A DNA stretch of 64,000 bases from the NCBI GenBank assembly GCA_963764725.1, contig CAVXTM010000012.1:1-64000 (forward strand), written 5' to 3'. Both the position numbers and the translations under genes were made by a program. This document shows, one piece after another, positions 51,569 to 60,158 of the stretch. The notes under the pieces are model-generated. The model did no database searches. It had not been told where the DNA came from and was given only the letters and a program-made list of their open reading frames with translations. Within the stretch, counting starts at the first letter, position 1. Each line of letters opens with the position of its first letter. This stretch comes from an uncultured Gammaproteobacteria bacterium. Lineage in GTDB: Bacteria; Pseudomonadota; Gammaproteobacteria; JACCXJ01.

Positions 51569-51698
51569 GTCAAAAGCTCGTTCTGCCGCGATGGTACGAC
51601 AGGATCGTATGTCCAAACGCCGCGCGGCGATCCGACGCGCAGTGGCCCACATTGAAGCCTTTTAGCAACGGGTTGCGTGGCGCTCAGGGGATCGAGTA

Positions 51699-51899
51699 AT
51701 GAACGTTCAGACCACGGTAACGGCAAGCGAGATGGCGCTCGCCAAGATACTCGCACACCACTACGGCGACGGTACCGTTTACCTACCCACGGGCACGCCG
51801 CAGGTCCTATACATATCCTGCTTGCACCGAGGCTTGGTCAGTGTCGATGGCTGTGTCACGCGCAAAGGGCGCGAGCTGCTAGCACGCTATTCTTTGTAA
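51699..51899 (+). CDS. Small hypothetical protein
   Basis: 66 aa ORF; GLVSVDGCVTRKGRELLA resembles a winged-helix end. Confidence 0.45.
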   Translation: MNVQTTVTASEMALAKILAHHYGDGTVYLPTGTPQVLYISCLHRGLVSVDGCVTRKGRELLARYSL

Positions 51900-51952
51900 C
51901 TGCTCTTAAACGGCCTCGTCGTAAATAACGCAGGTTAGTTTGCCAGAATGCC

Positions 51953-52608
51953 ATGCGTATTATGGACAGATCACTTCCACAACAGCGCGTGCCAGGCGAC
52001 CCGTGCGACTATGATTATACTCAGAACATAATAAGCCGCCGTCGATTCCTGACGTGGTGTGGCATGGCTGCGGCGCTGTGCATCGCGCCCGAACCTTTGA
52101 TGGCCGCTGCATCGAGATTAAAGAACAAGGCACGGCGTTTATGCTTCTATCATACGCACACCGGTGAGCGCTTGCAGATCGTGTACTGGGACAATCATGG
52201 GTACGTGAAAGAAGCGCTCGGCGAGATCGATCATCTCCTACGCGATCATCATACCAATGCAGTACACCGGATCGATCGGGGTTTGCTCGATCTCCTGCAC
52301 GGTATCAGCGTGTCACTGGGAAGGACCACCCCGTTGCATGTCCTCTCCGCTTATCGCTCGCCTGCTACGAATGCGAAGCTGCGCACACGCGGTACGCAGC
52401 GGCTGGGCATAGTCTGCACATGAAGGGGCGGGCAATCGACATCTACGTGCCTGGCGGTAGCCTCGCTGCTTTGCGCCGAACGGCCTTAGCGCTCAAAAGG
52501 GGCGGGGTAGGTTATTACCCGCGCAACGGTTTCGTGCACCTCGACGTCGGCCCGATCCGCTACTGGGAGAGGGCGGGTTCGAAGCGCTCCCGTCGGCGTG
52601 CGGCGTAG
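51953..52608 (+). pseudogene. YcbK/DUF882 (M15A peptidase), frameshifted
   Basis: Tat signal SRRRFL, HTHTGE, LLRDH and SAYRSPATN; frameshift near 52395; resumes HSLHMKGRAID..GGVGYY..FVHLDVG. Confidence 0.85.
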
Positions 52609-52850
52609 GCGGAGATCCGCCAATCGAGGGACCGCCCAGAAAGATGCCCCCATGATGAATGGTCTCCGGCGTTTGCGATGCTCAAGGAGAGCTTCGATTA
52701 CTTTCAGGAGTTGCTCGCTGGGCGAGCACGATCTTCGCCGCGGGCCGTGCGCGAAAGTCACCCCGGTTGCCTTCCCGCTGACTCGCGGGCAGAGGCCGGA
52801 AAAATTCAAATCCAACGTCACTTCATGACTATGCTATAAGGGGACATGCT

Positions 52851-52997
52851 ATGACCCGGAATATGATTACCCTGCTGCTCGCGCTGGGAGCGCTGTTATT
52901 GGCAGGATGCGAGGAGTGGAGCGGCGCTTCGAACGCAAGACCTCGCACCCAGGGTGAGTTTGAAAGCGCCCTTAGCGCGGAAGAGCCTCGTCAGTGA
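52851..52997 (+). CDS. 48-aa lipoprotein (below the ORF-track cutoff)
   Basis: AAGGGGA RBS; MTRNMITLLLALGALLLAGC lipobox; stop TGA at 52995. Confidence 0.55.
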   Translation: MTRNMITLLLALGALLLAGCEEWSGASNARPRTQGEFESALSAEEPRQ

Positions 52998-53018
52998 CGC
53001 CGTCAGGGGTCGACGGAC

Positions 53019-53309
53019 CTATGCGCTCATCGGACTACTCGGCGGGGGAGATGGGCTGCTCGCCGAGCGCTTCGGCGCGGTCGTTCGAGGATCGCTTTCG
53101 ACGTTATGCTCCGGCTCGAGCACCACCGGTTCGGTCGGATGCATCTCGCGCAACATTGAAGTGACCTTCTCACGTACCGGTTCGAACCTTAGGCACCATA
53201 GAAATACGATGCCATATTGCCTCAGCGCGGATATCGCCCCGACGATGACGAGCACCATACCAGGCACGAACGCCAGAAACAATACGCCAAGTTCTCTGTC
53301 CATAATCAT
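53019..53309 (-). CDS. Small membrane hypothetical protein
   Basis: AGGGGG RBS; TM LGVLFLAFVPGMVLVIVGAI. Confidence 0.4.
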   Translation of the reverse strand: MIMDRELGVLFLAFVPGMVLVIVGAISALRQYGIVFLWCLRFEPVREKVTSMLREMHPTEPVVLEPEHNVESDPRTTAPKRSASSPSPPPSSPMSA

Positions 53310-53559
53310 ACCCCCTGTTCAACCGCCCACCATCGCGGTGGCCTGCCCGGAGTTATGATCTGGCCCTTAAATACCGTAAGCCGGTTTTCACTTGGTTCTG
53401 CGCGAAAGACAGGACTGATCGAATGCCCGCCAGACCAGGAGCCAAAGGCGGTAGCATGGCAACCCGGTTCCGTCAGCGGAGGGCTTTCCTGGCGTCTTCG
53501 AACCTCTACAGGCCCCACCTTCCCGGACCCCCGACGGCACCATTGCCCGGGGCCGGCTT

Positions 53560-53653
53560 CGCGTGCCGGGCTCCATCTAGCCCTCGCCTCGCACCATGCC
53601 TTTCGGTGACGTTGCCTCAACTTCTCGTCAATTTGATGCCGGTTCATGATCAT
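53560..53653 (-). pseudogene. Degenerate CsbD-like gene start
   Basis: GAGGAG RBS + MNRHQIDEKLRQ..K..W, similar to CsbD MNxDQIxGKWKQ; lies downstream of a sigma54-like site. Confidence 0.35.
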
Positions 53654-53688
53654 CTCCTCTCATAAAGATGTTACCTGGTCGCTAATCA

Positions 53689-53703
53689 TCAAACTCTGCG
53701 CCA
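53689..53703 (-). promoter_or_regulatory. sigma54-like promoter (variant -12)
   Basis: Minus strand TGGCGCAGAGTTTGA; 92 bp from paired boxes. Confidence 0.5.
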
Positions 53704-53794
53704 TCGCCAGCGCCGTAGTCAATAATCTCTTAGTAACAATGAGATAAGCGGTGTGACTAGACGTAGATGCAGGTGTTGGAATGTCCTCTGCTCC

Positions 53795-53827
53795 GTAAGA
53801 ATTGCAGTCTCCCGATGTAAATCTTGC
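53795..53827. promoter_or_regulatory. Paired activator boxes (GTAA-N3-TTRC)
   Basis: GTAAGAATTGC at 53795 and GTAAATCTTGC at 53817; 22 bp period. Confidence 0.6.
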
Positions 53828-53936
53828 CCGATCGCATGATAGGATGGCGACAGGGTGATCGTGCCATTGGAGTGCAGATAAGAGACCTTAGGCTAGACTC
53901 CCGTTTGCGCACGAAATCGCCGCGCGGAGACTGCTT

Positions 53937-55061
53937 ATGAAGGCTTTCACCTGCCACGTCTGTCAGCAGCTGATCTTCTTTGAAAACGTCCAGTGCCTGC
54001 GCTGCCAAAGCGCCCTCGGTTACCTGCCCGATGTGGGCGTGCTGAGCGCACTCGAACCAGCCGCAGACGGGGAGTGGAGGCCGCACGCGCCGGAGGCCGG
54101 GACTAGGCGCTACAAGATGTGCCTGAATTACAGCCAGGAGCGGGTCTGCAACTGGCTGCTAGCCTCTGAGGATGACGCGAACCTATGCCTGGCCTGCCGC
54201 TTCAACCAGACCATCCCGGACCTCTCGTTACCGGAGAATCGCGGCTTGTGGCAGCGGATCGAAACGGCGAAGCGGCGGTTGGTCTATGGACTGCTGGCGC
54301 TGGGCCTGCCGCTCGTGAGCAAACAGGACGACCCGGAGCGCGGGCTTGCTTTCGCCTTTCTCGCCGGCCCGGACGCGGGGTTTCGAGAAACCAACGCAGT
54401 GATGACCGGGCACGCACAGGGCTTGATCACCCTTAACATCGCCGAGGCCGACGACGCGGTGCGGGAGCGATTGCGGCTTGCGATGAATGAGCGTTACCGT
54501 ACGCTGCTCGGGCATCTTCGGCATGAGAGCGGGCATTATTTCTGGGAGCGGCTGCTCCGCGCTGCTGAGCAGCTCGATTCCTTCCGCGCTCTCTTCGGTG
54601 ACGAGCAGGCTGACTATGAACAGGCGCTCCAAAACCACTACAACAACGGCCCGCCCGCAGACTGGCAAACCTATTTCGTTAGCGCCTACGCGAGCGCCCA
54701 CCCCTGGGAGGACTGGGCGGAGACCTGGGCGCACTACCTGCATATCGTCGATACCTTGGAGACCGCCCGCAACTTCTCGCTGCGGGTCGTGATCCCAGAG
54801 CGTGCCGCGGGTGCATCGATAGCGACGCCGGGCGGCGTTACGGCCTACCGGCCGCAGTCCATCGATACGATGGTGGCGAGCTGGTTGCCGCTGACTTATG
54901 CGATCAACAGCATCAACCGCAGTATGGGTCAGCCGGATATGTATCCGTTCGTGCTCTCGCCGATAGCGGTCGAAAAACTAGGCTTTGTCCACCAGGTCGT
55001 CAGCGGTGCGGCCAAGACCGCGTCCGGAACCCTTCCGCGACGCGATGTCCTCGCTCCCTAA
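53937..55061 (+). CDS. Zinc-ribbon + putative zinc metallopeptidase (DUF2248/Peptidase_Mx)
   Basis: CxxC..FFEN..CxxC, TGHAQGLIT, RHESGHY and YASAHPWEDWAETWAHYLH. Confidence 0.9.
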   Translation: MKAFTCHVCQQLIFFENVQCLRCQSALGYLPDVGVLSALEPAADGEWRPHAPEAGTRRYKMCLNYSQERVCNWLLASEDDANLCLACRFNQTIPDLSLPENRGLWQRIETAKRRLVYGLLALGLPLVSKQDDPERGLAFAFLAGPDAGFRETNAVMTGHAQGLITLNIAEADDAVRERLRLAMNERYRTLLGHLRHESGHYFWERLLRAAEQLDSFRALFGDEQADYEQALQNHYNNGPPADWQTYFVSAYASAHPWEDWAETWAHYLHIVDTLETARNFSLRVVIPERAAGASIATPGGVTAYRPQSIDTMVASWLPLTYAINSINRSMGQPDMYPFVLSPIAVEKLGFVHQVVSGAAKTASGTLPRRDVLAP

Positions 55062-55107
55062 GCTGGCCAAGGGCTACGAGGGAGACCTCTGTACTTGGGC
55101 GAGCGAC

Positions 55108-56211
55108 TCAGAAGAAAAACTGCAATCCCGGGCCAAAGTATTCGATGTCGCGGTCATAGAATTGCCCGTTCGGCGAGCGGCCGTTGAAATACTCCATCAC
55201 CAGCTGTAAACGCCGGGTGGCGAGCCATCCGCTACGAAACTCAACACCGGCGCGCGCGGAATAGTTGACCCCCCAATCCGATTCCTCAAACGACTGAACA
55301 TCGAGCGCCACGATCGGATAGAGGAGATTAGAGTAGATCGGATCCGGGCTCGTGACCTCGACCCCGCCTTGCACCATCCAGGGATCGAGATCCGGTTCGG
55401 AGCGAAAGATCCCACCGCCCCCCGCATAGAGCCGAAGCCAGTTCCACGGTTTCACAGACAGCCTGAGGTCGGCGCCCTCGTAGGAGAGATTGATCCGGTC
55501 AACGGGTTCGGGTTTCCGCAGCAGGAATTCATCTCCCAGATGCGAGCTTTGGTGGAATACCCGAACCTGTGCCGAGAGCGGCCCATAGCGCGTACTGATC
55601 GGCAGCCCCACGAAGAAGTCGGAATTGATCAGATCGGAGGAGTCCGCGTTGAGATCAAATATCGAGAACACTCCCGCTTGGAGCCCGGCCTGCCAATCGA
55701 TCCCTAAGCCACGCCAGCCATAAAGCGGTATGGCGGCGCCGAAAGTCGGGGCGCCTACGGTCCCGAGCTCCTCGTCACCCTGGTAGAACTGAAGGCTCGC
55801 CGAAAAACGCGGCCAGCGCGGATCGGCGATCAAGGGGTCGAAGAGCGCCGCCCGCGGGAGCCATCCCCTGGTTTCCGACGGGGTAGCCCTCGGCGGCGGT
55901 GTAGCCGAAGAGGATACGCTGCGCGCTTCCGTGGGTGCTCCGACCAGCTCGACCTCTAACCCATCGATGGCCCCCAACGAGGCCAGCACCTCCTCTGCAT
56001 CTTGTCCCTCGAGATCGACGCTACGCAATCGTAGCTTTCCGTTTTCGACCTGAAGATCACGGGGCGGCAAACCGAAGCGGGTCTCGAGAATGGCCGCCGC
56101 GTAACCCGCAAGATAGCGGTCATCGGCAGTAGCCCTCGCCGTCAGCGAGATCACCGATAGAATCACGGCGGCAATCGCAAGGATGACGGTGTTAATTTGT
56201 GTAGTAGTCAT
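55108..56211 (-). CDS. DUF1207 outer-membrane beta-barrel-like protein
   Basis: Signal peptide; FDPLIADPRWPRFS, DLINSDF, HQSSHLGDEF and GRSPNGQFY; terminal Phe. Confidence 0.8.
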   Translation of the reverse strand: MTTTQINTVILAIAAVILSVISLTARATADDRYLAGYAAAILETRFGLPPRDLQVENGKLRLRSVDLEGQDAEEVLASLGAIDGLEVELVGAPTEARSVSSSATPPPRATPSETRGWLPRAALFDPLIADPRWPRFSASLQFYQGDEELGTVGAPTFGAAIPLYGWRGLGIDWQAGLQAGVFSIFDLNADSSDLINSDFFVGLPISTRYGPLSAQVRVFHQSSHLGDEFLLRKPEPVDRINLSYEGADLRLSVKPWNWLRLYAGGGGIFRSEPDLDPWMVQGGVEVTSPDPIYSNLLYPIVALDVQSFEESDWGVNYSARAGVEFRSGWLATRRLQLVMEYFNGRSPNGQFYDRDIEYFGPGLQFFF

Positions 56212-56404
56212 GCGCTGGACTGCGAAAGCGTGCTACTGACTTCGTACTAGCGTCTTCGCGCTCACCTCGCGCACCTCCGCGGTCTTATCTGCCCCTCCAG
56301 TGATCGAGCCCGCCGTCGAGATTGCGCTCATCGGCGATCCCTTGATGATTTTGGTGCTGATGGCCATTTAACAAGGTGTTGTGCTTCTCATCGTAGAGCT
56401 GCCT

Positions 56405-56530
56405 GTTCCTGGGCTTTCTCCTTGTTGATCGATCAACTCATCGTGCTTCCCTGCAATCGTATCGAGCTCATCGTCCGTCAGGTCGCCCCACATCTGCTTC
56501 GCCTTGCGATGAACGTCAAATTGAATGCCA
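56405..56530 (-). pseudogene. CsbD/YjbJ stress protein relic
   Basis: KAKQMWGDLTDDELDTIAGKHDELI matches CsbD WGKLTDDDLD.IAGKRDQL; both ends degraded. Confidence 0.7.
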
Positions 56531-56732
56531 GCATCGTCGGCCGAGCTGATTGGCATCAACTATCACTACGATGGTGCGATCAGTCACGGCATATGCCAGG
56601 CTGCGGATCACGCCCTATCGGCAATTAATTGCGGATCTTTAAACCTATTGAATTATAAGTGGAACTATAAGATGTTTCACTCGATCCCATCGAGCAATCG
56701 ACGAAGATTAGCTCAAGAAAGGAGAGACCCGA

Positions 56733-58050
56733 GTGAAACGTACGAACGCTGAACACGGCGGAGGAATGATCAAGAGAGAGAGTATTCTCCGGAGCGGGAG
56801 TTCGAACCGACTGGGCAAAGAGGTGAGGTATTGCCAGCGTGAACGGGTAGTGACGCCGTTTCGGCTGGTGATGGCGAGTGCTCTCGACGCGATCGAGAGT
56901 CGAAAGGTCGAGACATTGGCAGATCTCCAACGCGGTTTCAATGCGTTGTTTCGGGGAGAGCTTGGCCTACAAGCCCTTCACAATCAGCTTTCGAAGCGTG
57001 GGTTTGGGGAGTTCATGCGGGCGAGCGTCGAGCGCTTGGTGGAGAAGCTCGTTCTCAATGTCTTGAAGATCAAAGAAGGTCACGCCTTTCGGAATTTCGG
57101 CGCATTGTGATCCAGGACGGAAGTTCCTTTGCGGTCAAGGACAGCTTGCGTGATGTTTTCCCCGGTCGCTTCAAGCGAGTGAGCCCCGCGGCGGTGGAAT
57201 TACACGTCAGCATGGATCTCTTGAGCGAGGCGCTGGAGCACATCACCCTGACCCCCGACACCTTCGGTGAGCGGGCCGAGCTTCCCGACCCTGGGAGTTT
57301 ATCCGGTTGCCTATTGCTCGCCGACCGCGGTTACTTCAGCTTGCCCTATGTGGGGGAGATGATAAAGGCGGGGGCGAGCTTTGTGCTGCGGACCAAGACA
57401 AACCGTCAATCCGTCGGTTGTCAACGCCTATGGGAAAGCGGGTAAGCGCCTGACGCCGGTTGTGTGGGAAGCTGTTGCGGGAAGTGGTCGAACGATTTCC
57501 CGAAAAAGACCCCGGTAGACCTCGATGTATGCTGGCGGAATGCACAGCACGCAACTCTCCTGTCGCCTGGCGGTGAGCTTCAATCCGAAGACCCGTGAAT
57601 TCCGCTACCTCCTCACCAACCTCTGCCGCACCCGCTATGCCGCCGAGCAGGTCGGTTTGGCCTACAAGCTCCGCTGGCAGATCGAGCTCCTGTTTAAAGA
57701 GTGGAAATCCTACGCGAACCTGCACGCCTTCGACACCGGCAAATCCGAGATCGCCGAAGGTCTCGATCTGGGCCGCCATCGCCGCCGCGACGGTGAAACG
57801 TTATCTCGCGCATCTCACCCGGCAGCTTGCCCAAGTGGACATCTCGACCGGCAAGGTCGCCATGTGTGCGCACCATGTGATGAGCGGCATTGTAGAGGCT
57901 CTCCTCGATGGTCGCCTCTCGCGAATTCGTAAGGCAATCAACAACGCCGTCGCCTTTCTTGCAGCCAATGCCCGCCGGGCCACCCTGAACGGCGCACAGG
58001 CGAAGCGGACGCCTCGAACTGAACTTGGAACCAGTTTTCAACGCGGCTAG
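56733..58050 (+). mobile_element. IS4-family transposase pseudogene (multiple frameshifts)
   Basis: IQDGSSFAV, LLLADRGYF and YLLTNL..YKLRWQIELLFKEWKS (YREK motif), split over at least four frames. Confidence 0.88.
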
Positions 58051-58223
58051 AGGACCTGGCCTGTGATCAGATTAATGCCTATTCTTTTGCAAACTTCGGT
58101 ATCTGTGAGGGCTCGAGGGCCGATCGTTCAGGTACGCAGGGTCCGTGGATGAGTCTGCCACGGACGACGCAGGAAGTATAGGGGCCGGCCAGGTGTTGTG
58201 CAGATCACCGTTAATTATTCAGT

Positions 58224-58412
58224 CTACCTCTTAGCCCCTTCCACTGTTTCATCGAGCTTCTCGCCGGCACGTTCCGCCGGACCTTGGGGATCCAGGGCCT
58301 CCTTAGCCTCGTCCATCGCCTTATCGACCTGCGCACCGGCACGCTCGGCTGGGCCTTGCCGCTCGCACGCACCGAGTCCAAGGATCGCCCGAAGTCCAGT
58401 CGTGCCTCGCAA
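58224..58412 (-). CDS. Small stress-type lipoprotein with GPAERAG repeat
   Basis: LGAC lipobox; QGPAERAG occurs twice; start codon uncertain. Confidence 0.65.
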   Translation of the reverse strand: MRGTTGLRAILGLGACERQGPAERAGAQVDKAMDEAKEALDPQGPAERAGEKLDETVEGAKR

Positions 58413-58537
58413 GTATCACCGGCGTGCGGTGCGGCCGTGCAGCTTGAGCGCCAGGACGGAGGCGAGCGGGGCTCACACCCCCTCATGCTCAAACCGATGC
58501 CCAACGATCTAACTCACACGGCCGCACATGACCAGGG

Positions 58538-58552
58538 GCATTAGCCGTGCCA
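58538..58552 (-). promoter_or_regulatory. sigma54 promoter, leftward
   Basis: Minus strand TGGCACGGCTAATGC; consensus IHF site AATCAAAGGCTTA at 58583-58595. Confidence 0.7.
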
Positions 58553-58642
58553 CCCTCGTCCATACCGAACGCTGTCGAAGTCAATCAAAGGCTTAGCAAT
58601 TTACTAGATACGCTTCCAGCACATGGGTTCACAGGCCGATCG

Positions 58643-58674
58643 GTAATAATTGCAAGGGAAATAGCAACTCTTAC
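58643..58674. promoter_or_regulatory. Paired activator boxes shared by divergent sigma54 promoters
   Basis: GTAATAATTGC at 58643 and GCAACTCTTAC at 58664; 21 bp period; 91 and 90 bp from the two promoters. Confidence 0.7.
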
Positions 58675-58763
58675 AGGCGGTTGCTGGTAGACGGCTTGTC
58701 AAATATCGCTGATGTAGTGCTAACCGCTTGAATGTATTGATCCGGGTGTGCAACTTAGAACGG

Positions 58764-58778
58764 TGGCATAGGCGTTGC
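58764..58778 (+). promoter_or_regulatory. sigma54 promoter, rightward
   Basis: TGGCATAGGCGTTGC, identical to the 49021-49035 site. Confidence 0.8.
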
Positions 58779-58865
58779 GCACACGGTCACTAGGCGCGAA
58801 TCGGACGCCCATCTCACGACCCTACAACGATGGTGTTCGAAAACCATTACTTTAAGGAGAAAAAA

Positions 58866-59138
58866 ATGTCAGCAAAAAAGATAAGCACAAAAGCATCTGC
58901 GAGTAAGCAGACGAGTAAGAGTCGCGGTACTACGAAGGGCAGCTCTAAAATGAGTTCAGTTGCTAAAACGCAAATAAAACAGACGGCGGCCAAAGTGCTG
59001 GCCGGAGCGGCTGCGGGCGCAGTTCGCGCGATCATAGGTCCGCTCGAAGAGGCTGCGGGTACGAGCGAAGAGGCTGCGGGTCTCAATAAGCAAGGCGCAA
59101 ACAAGGGCGGGAAGTCTGACGGCAAATCTAGCAAGTAA
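58866..59138 (+). CDS. Small Lys/Ser/Ala-rich hypothetical protein
   Basis: AAGGAG RBS; basic N-terminus and an AAKVLAGAAAGAV segment. Confidence 0.65.
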   Translation: MSAKKISTKASASKQTSKSRGTTKGSSKMSSVAKTQIKQTAAKVLAGAAAGAVRAIIGPLEEAAGTSEEAAGLNKQGANKGGKSDGKSSK

Positions 59139-59148
59139 GCCTTCGGTC

Positions 59149-59595
59149 GTGAGCGATACTGAAAAGAGTGCAACCGGCGCGAAACCGGATGCGGGCGGCG
59201 CAAACTTGCCCTCGCTGATCGGTCGCCTGGGCCACGATATAGTCACTCTCCTCGACACCAAACTCGGCCTACTGAAGCTCGAGATCAAAGAAGACGTAAA
59301 CGCATATGTGCGCGGGCGCGTCTCTATCGGCGTGGGCGGTGTAATCGCAGCCGTCGGGTTCTCGCTGCTCAACGTGGCTATAGCCTTCCTGGTTTCCGCG
59401 CTATTTGAAAAGACTCTGCTCAGCCAACCGGTCAAGTACGCGCTCGGCTTCATAATTACGGGCGTGATCTCCTTGGTCATCGGGGGAGCCGTTATGATAA
59501 GAGCTAAAGACCGATTAGCGAAACAGAACCTCGCGCCCGAAAGGAGCATCGAAGAGCTCGAAAAGGACAAGCGGTGGTTGAAGCGAGAGTCATAA
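59149..59595 (+). CDS. YqjE-like membrane protein (Phage_holin_3_6 family)
   Basis: LPSLIGRL..DIVTLLD.KL.LLKLEIKE, two TM helices and LAPERSIEEL.KDKRWLK. Confidence 0.8.
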   Translation: MSDTEKSATGAKPDAGGANLPSLIGRLGHDIVTLLDTKLGLLKLEIKEDVNAYVRGRVSIGVGGVIAAVGFSLLNVAIAFLVSALFEKTLLSQPVKYALGFIITGVISLVIGGAVMIRAKDRLAKQNLAPERSIEELEKDKRWLKRES

Positions 59596-59646
59596 ACCGA
59601 CTCGGCCTGTTAGCGACAAACGATTTACAGACAAAAGGAGAAAGCA

Positions 59647-60117
59647 ATGGCTAAAAAAAGAGTGCCTGGCAAAGCGCAACTCCAACGCAAAATGGAGGCG
59701 GCGCGCGAGTCCATTTCACAAACCGTCGAGGACATCAAGGACACTGTCGAAGACCAATACGAGTCAGTAAAGGAGACTGTCAGTGGGGCGCTCGACTTCC
59801 GGGAGCCGTTTCAAAAAGACCCCATTGTCTGGAGCATGGGCGCGCTCTCCGCTGGCTTCGCTCTAGGCTACACTCTCGGCTACGCACACAAGAATATAAA
59901 GCCGTCCGGGCGCAAGCGCTCTAAGGTAGCCGCTTTTGCTGACAGCTTCGTTGAGGAACTCTCCACGGTGGGCAATAGCCTCGTCATGCCTGCGCTCAAC
60001 GCGAAGATCAAGCAGCTGTTCGGCTTCGACTTCTCCGACATGTTAGAAGAGATCGGCGGCGTTAAAAAGACACTCGGAAAGAAGAAGTCATCTCGGAAAG
60101 CCGGCGCGAAGTCGTAA
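59647..60117 (+). CDS. DUF3618/ElaB-YqjD-like protein
   Basis: LQRKMEAARESISQTVEDIKD and P..W..GALSAGFALGY. Confidence 0.6.
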   Translation: MAKKRVPGKAQLQRKMEAARESISQTVEDIKDTVEDQYESVKETVSGALDFREPFQKDPIVWSMGALSAGFALGYTLGYAHKNIKPSGRKRSKVAAFADSFVEELSTVGNSLVMPALNAKIKQLFGFDFSDMLEEIGGVKKTLGKKKSSRKAGAKS

Positions 60118-60158
60118 GGCGCACGACGAAGGATTAAAGTTCCCACTGCGCTATCCTG

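Noticed and set aside
56620-58080. IS4 terminal inverted repeats (GGCAATTAATTGCGGATC vs GGCATTAATCTGATC)
   Set aside because: Too degenerate to fix element ends or a target duplication.
59149-59595. Prophage lysis gene
   Set aside because: Phage_holin_3_6/YqjE proteins are usually cellular; no endolysin or other phage genes nearby.
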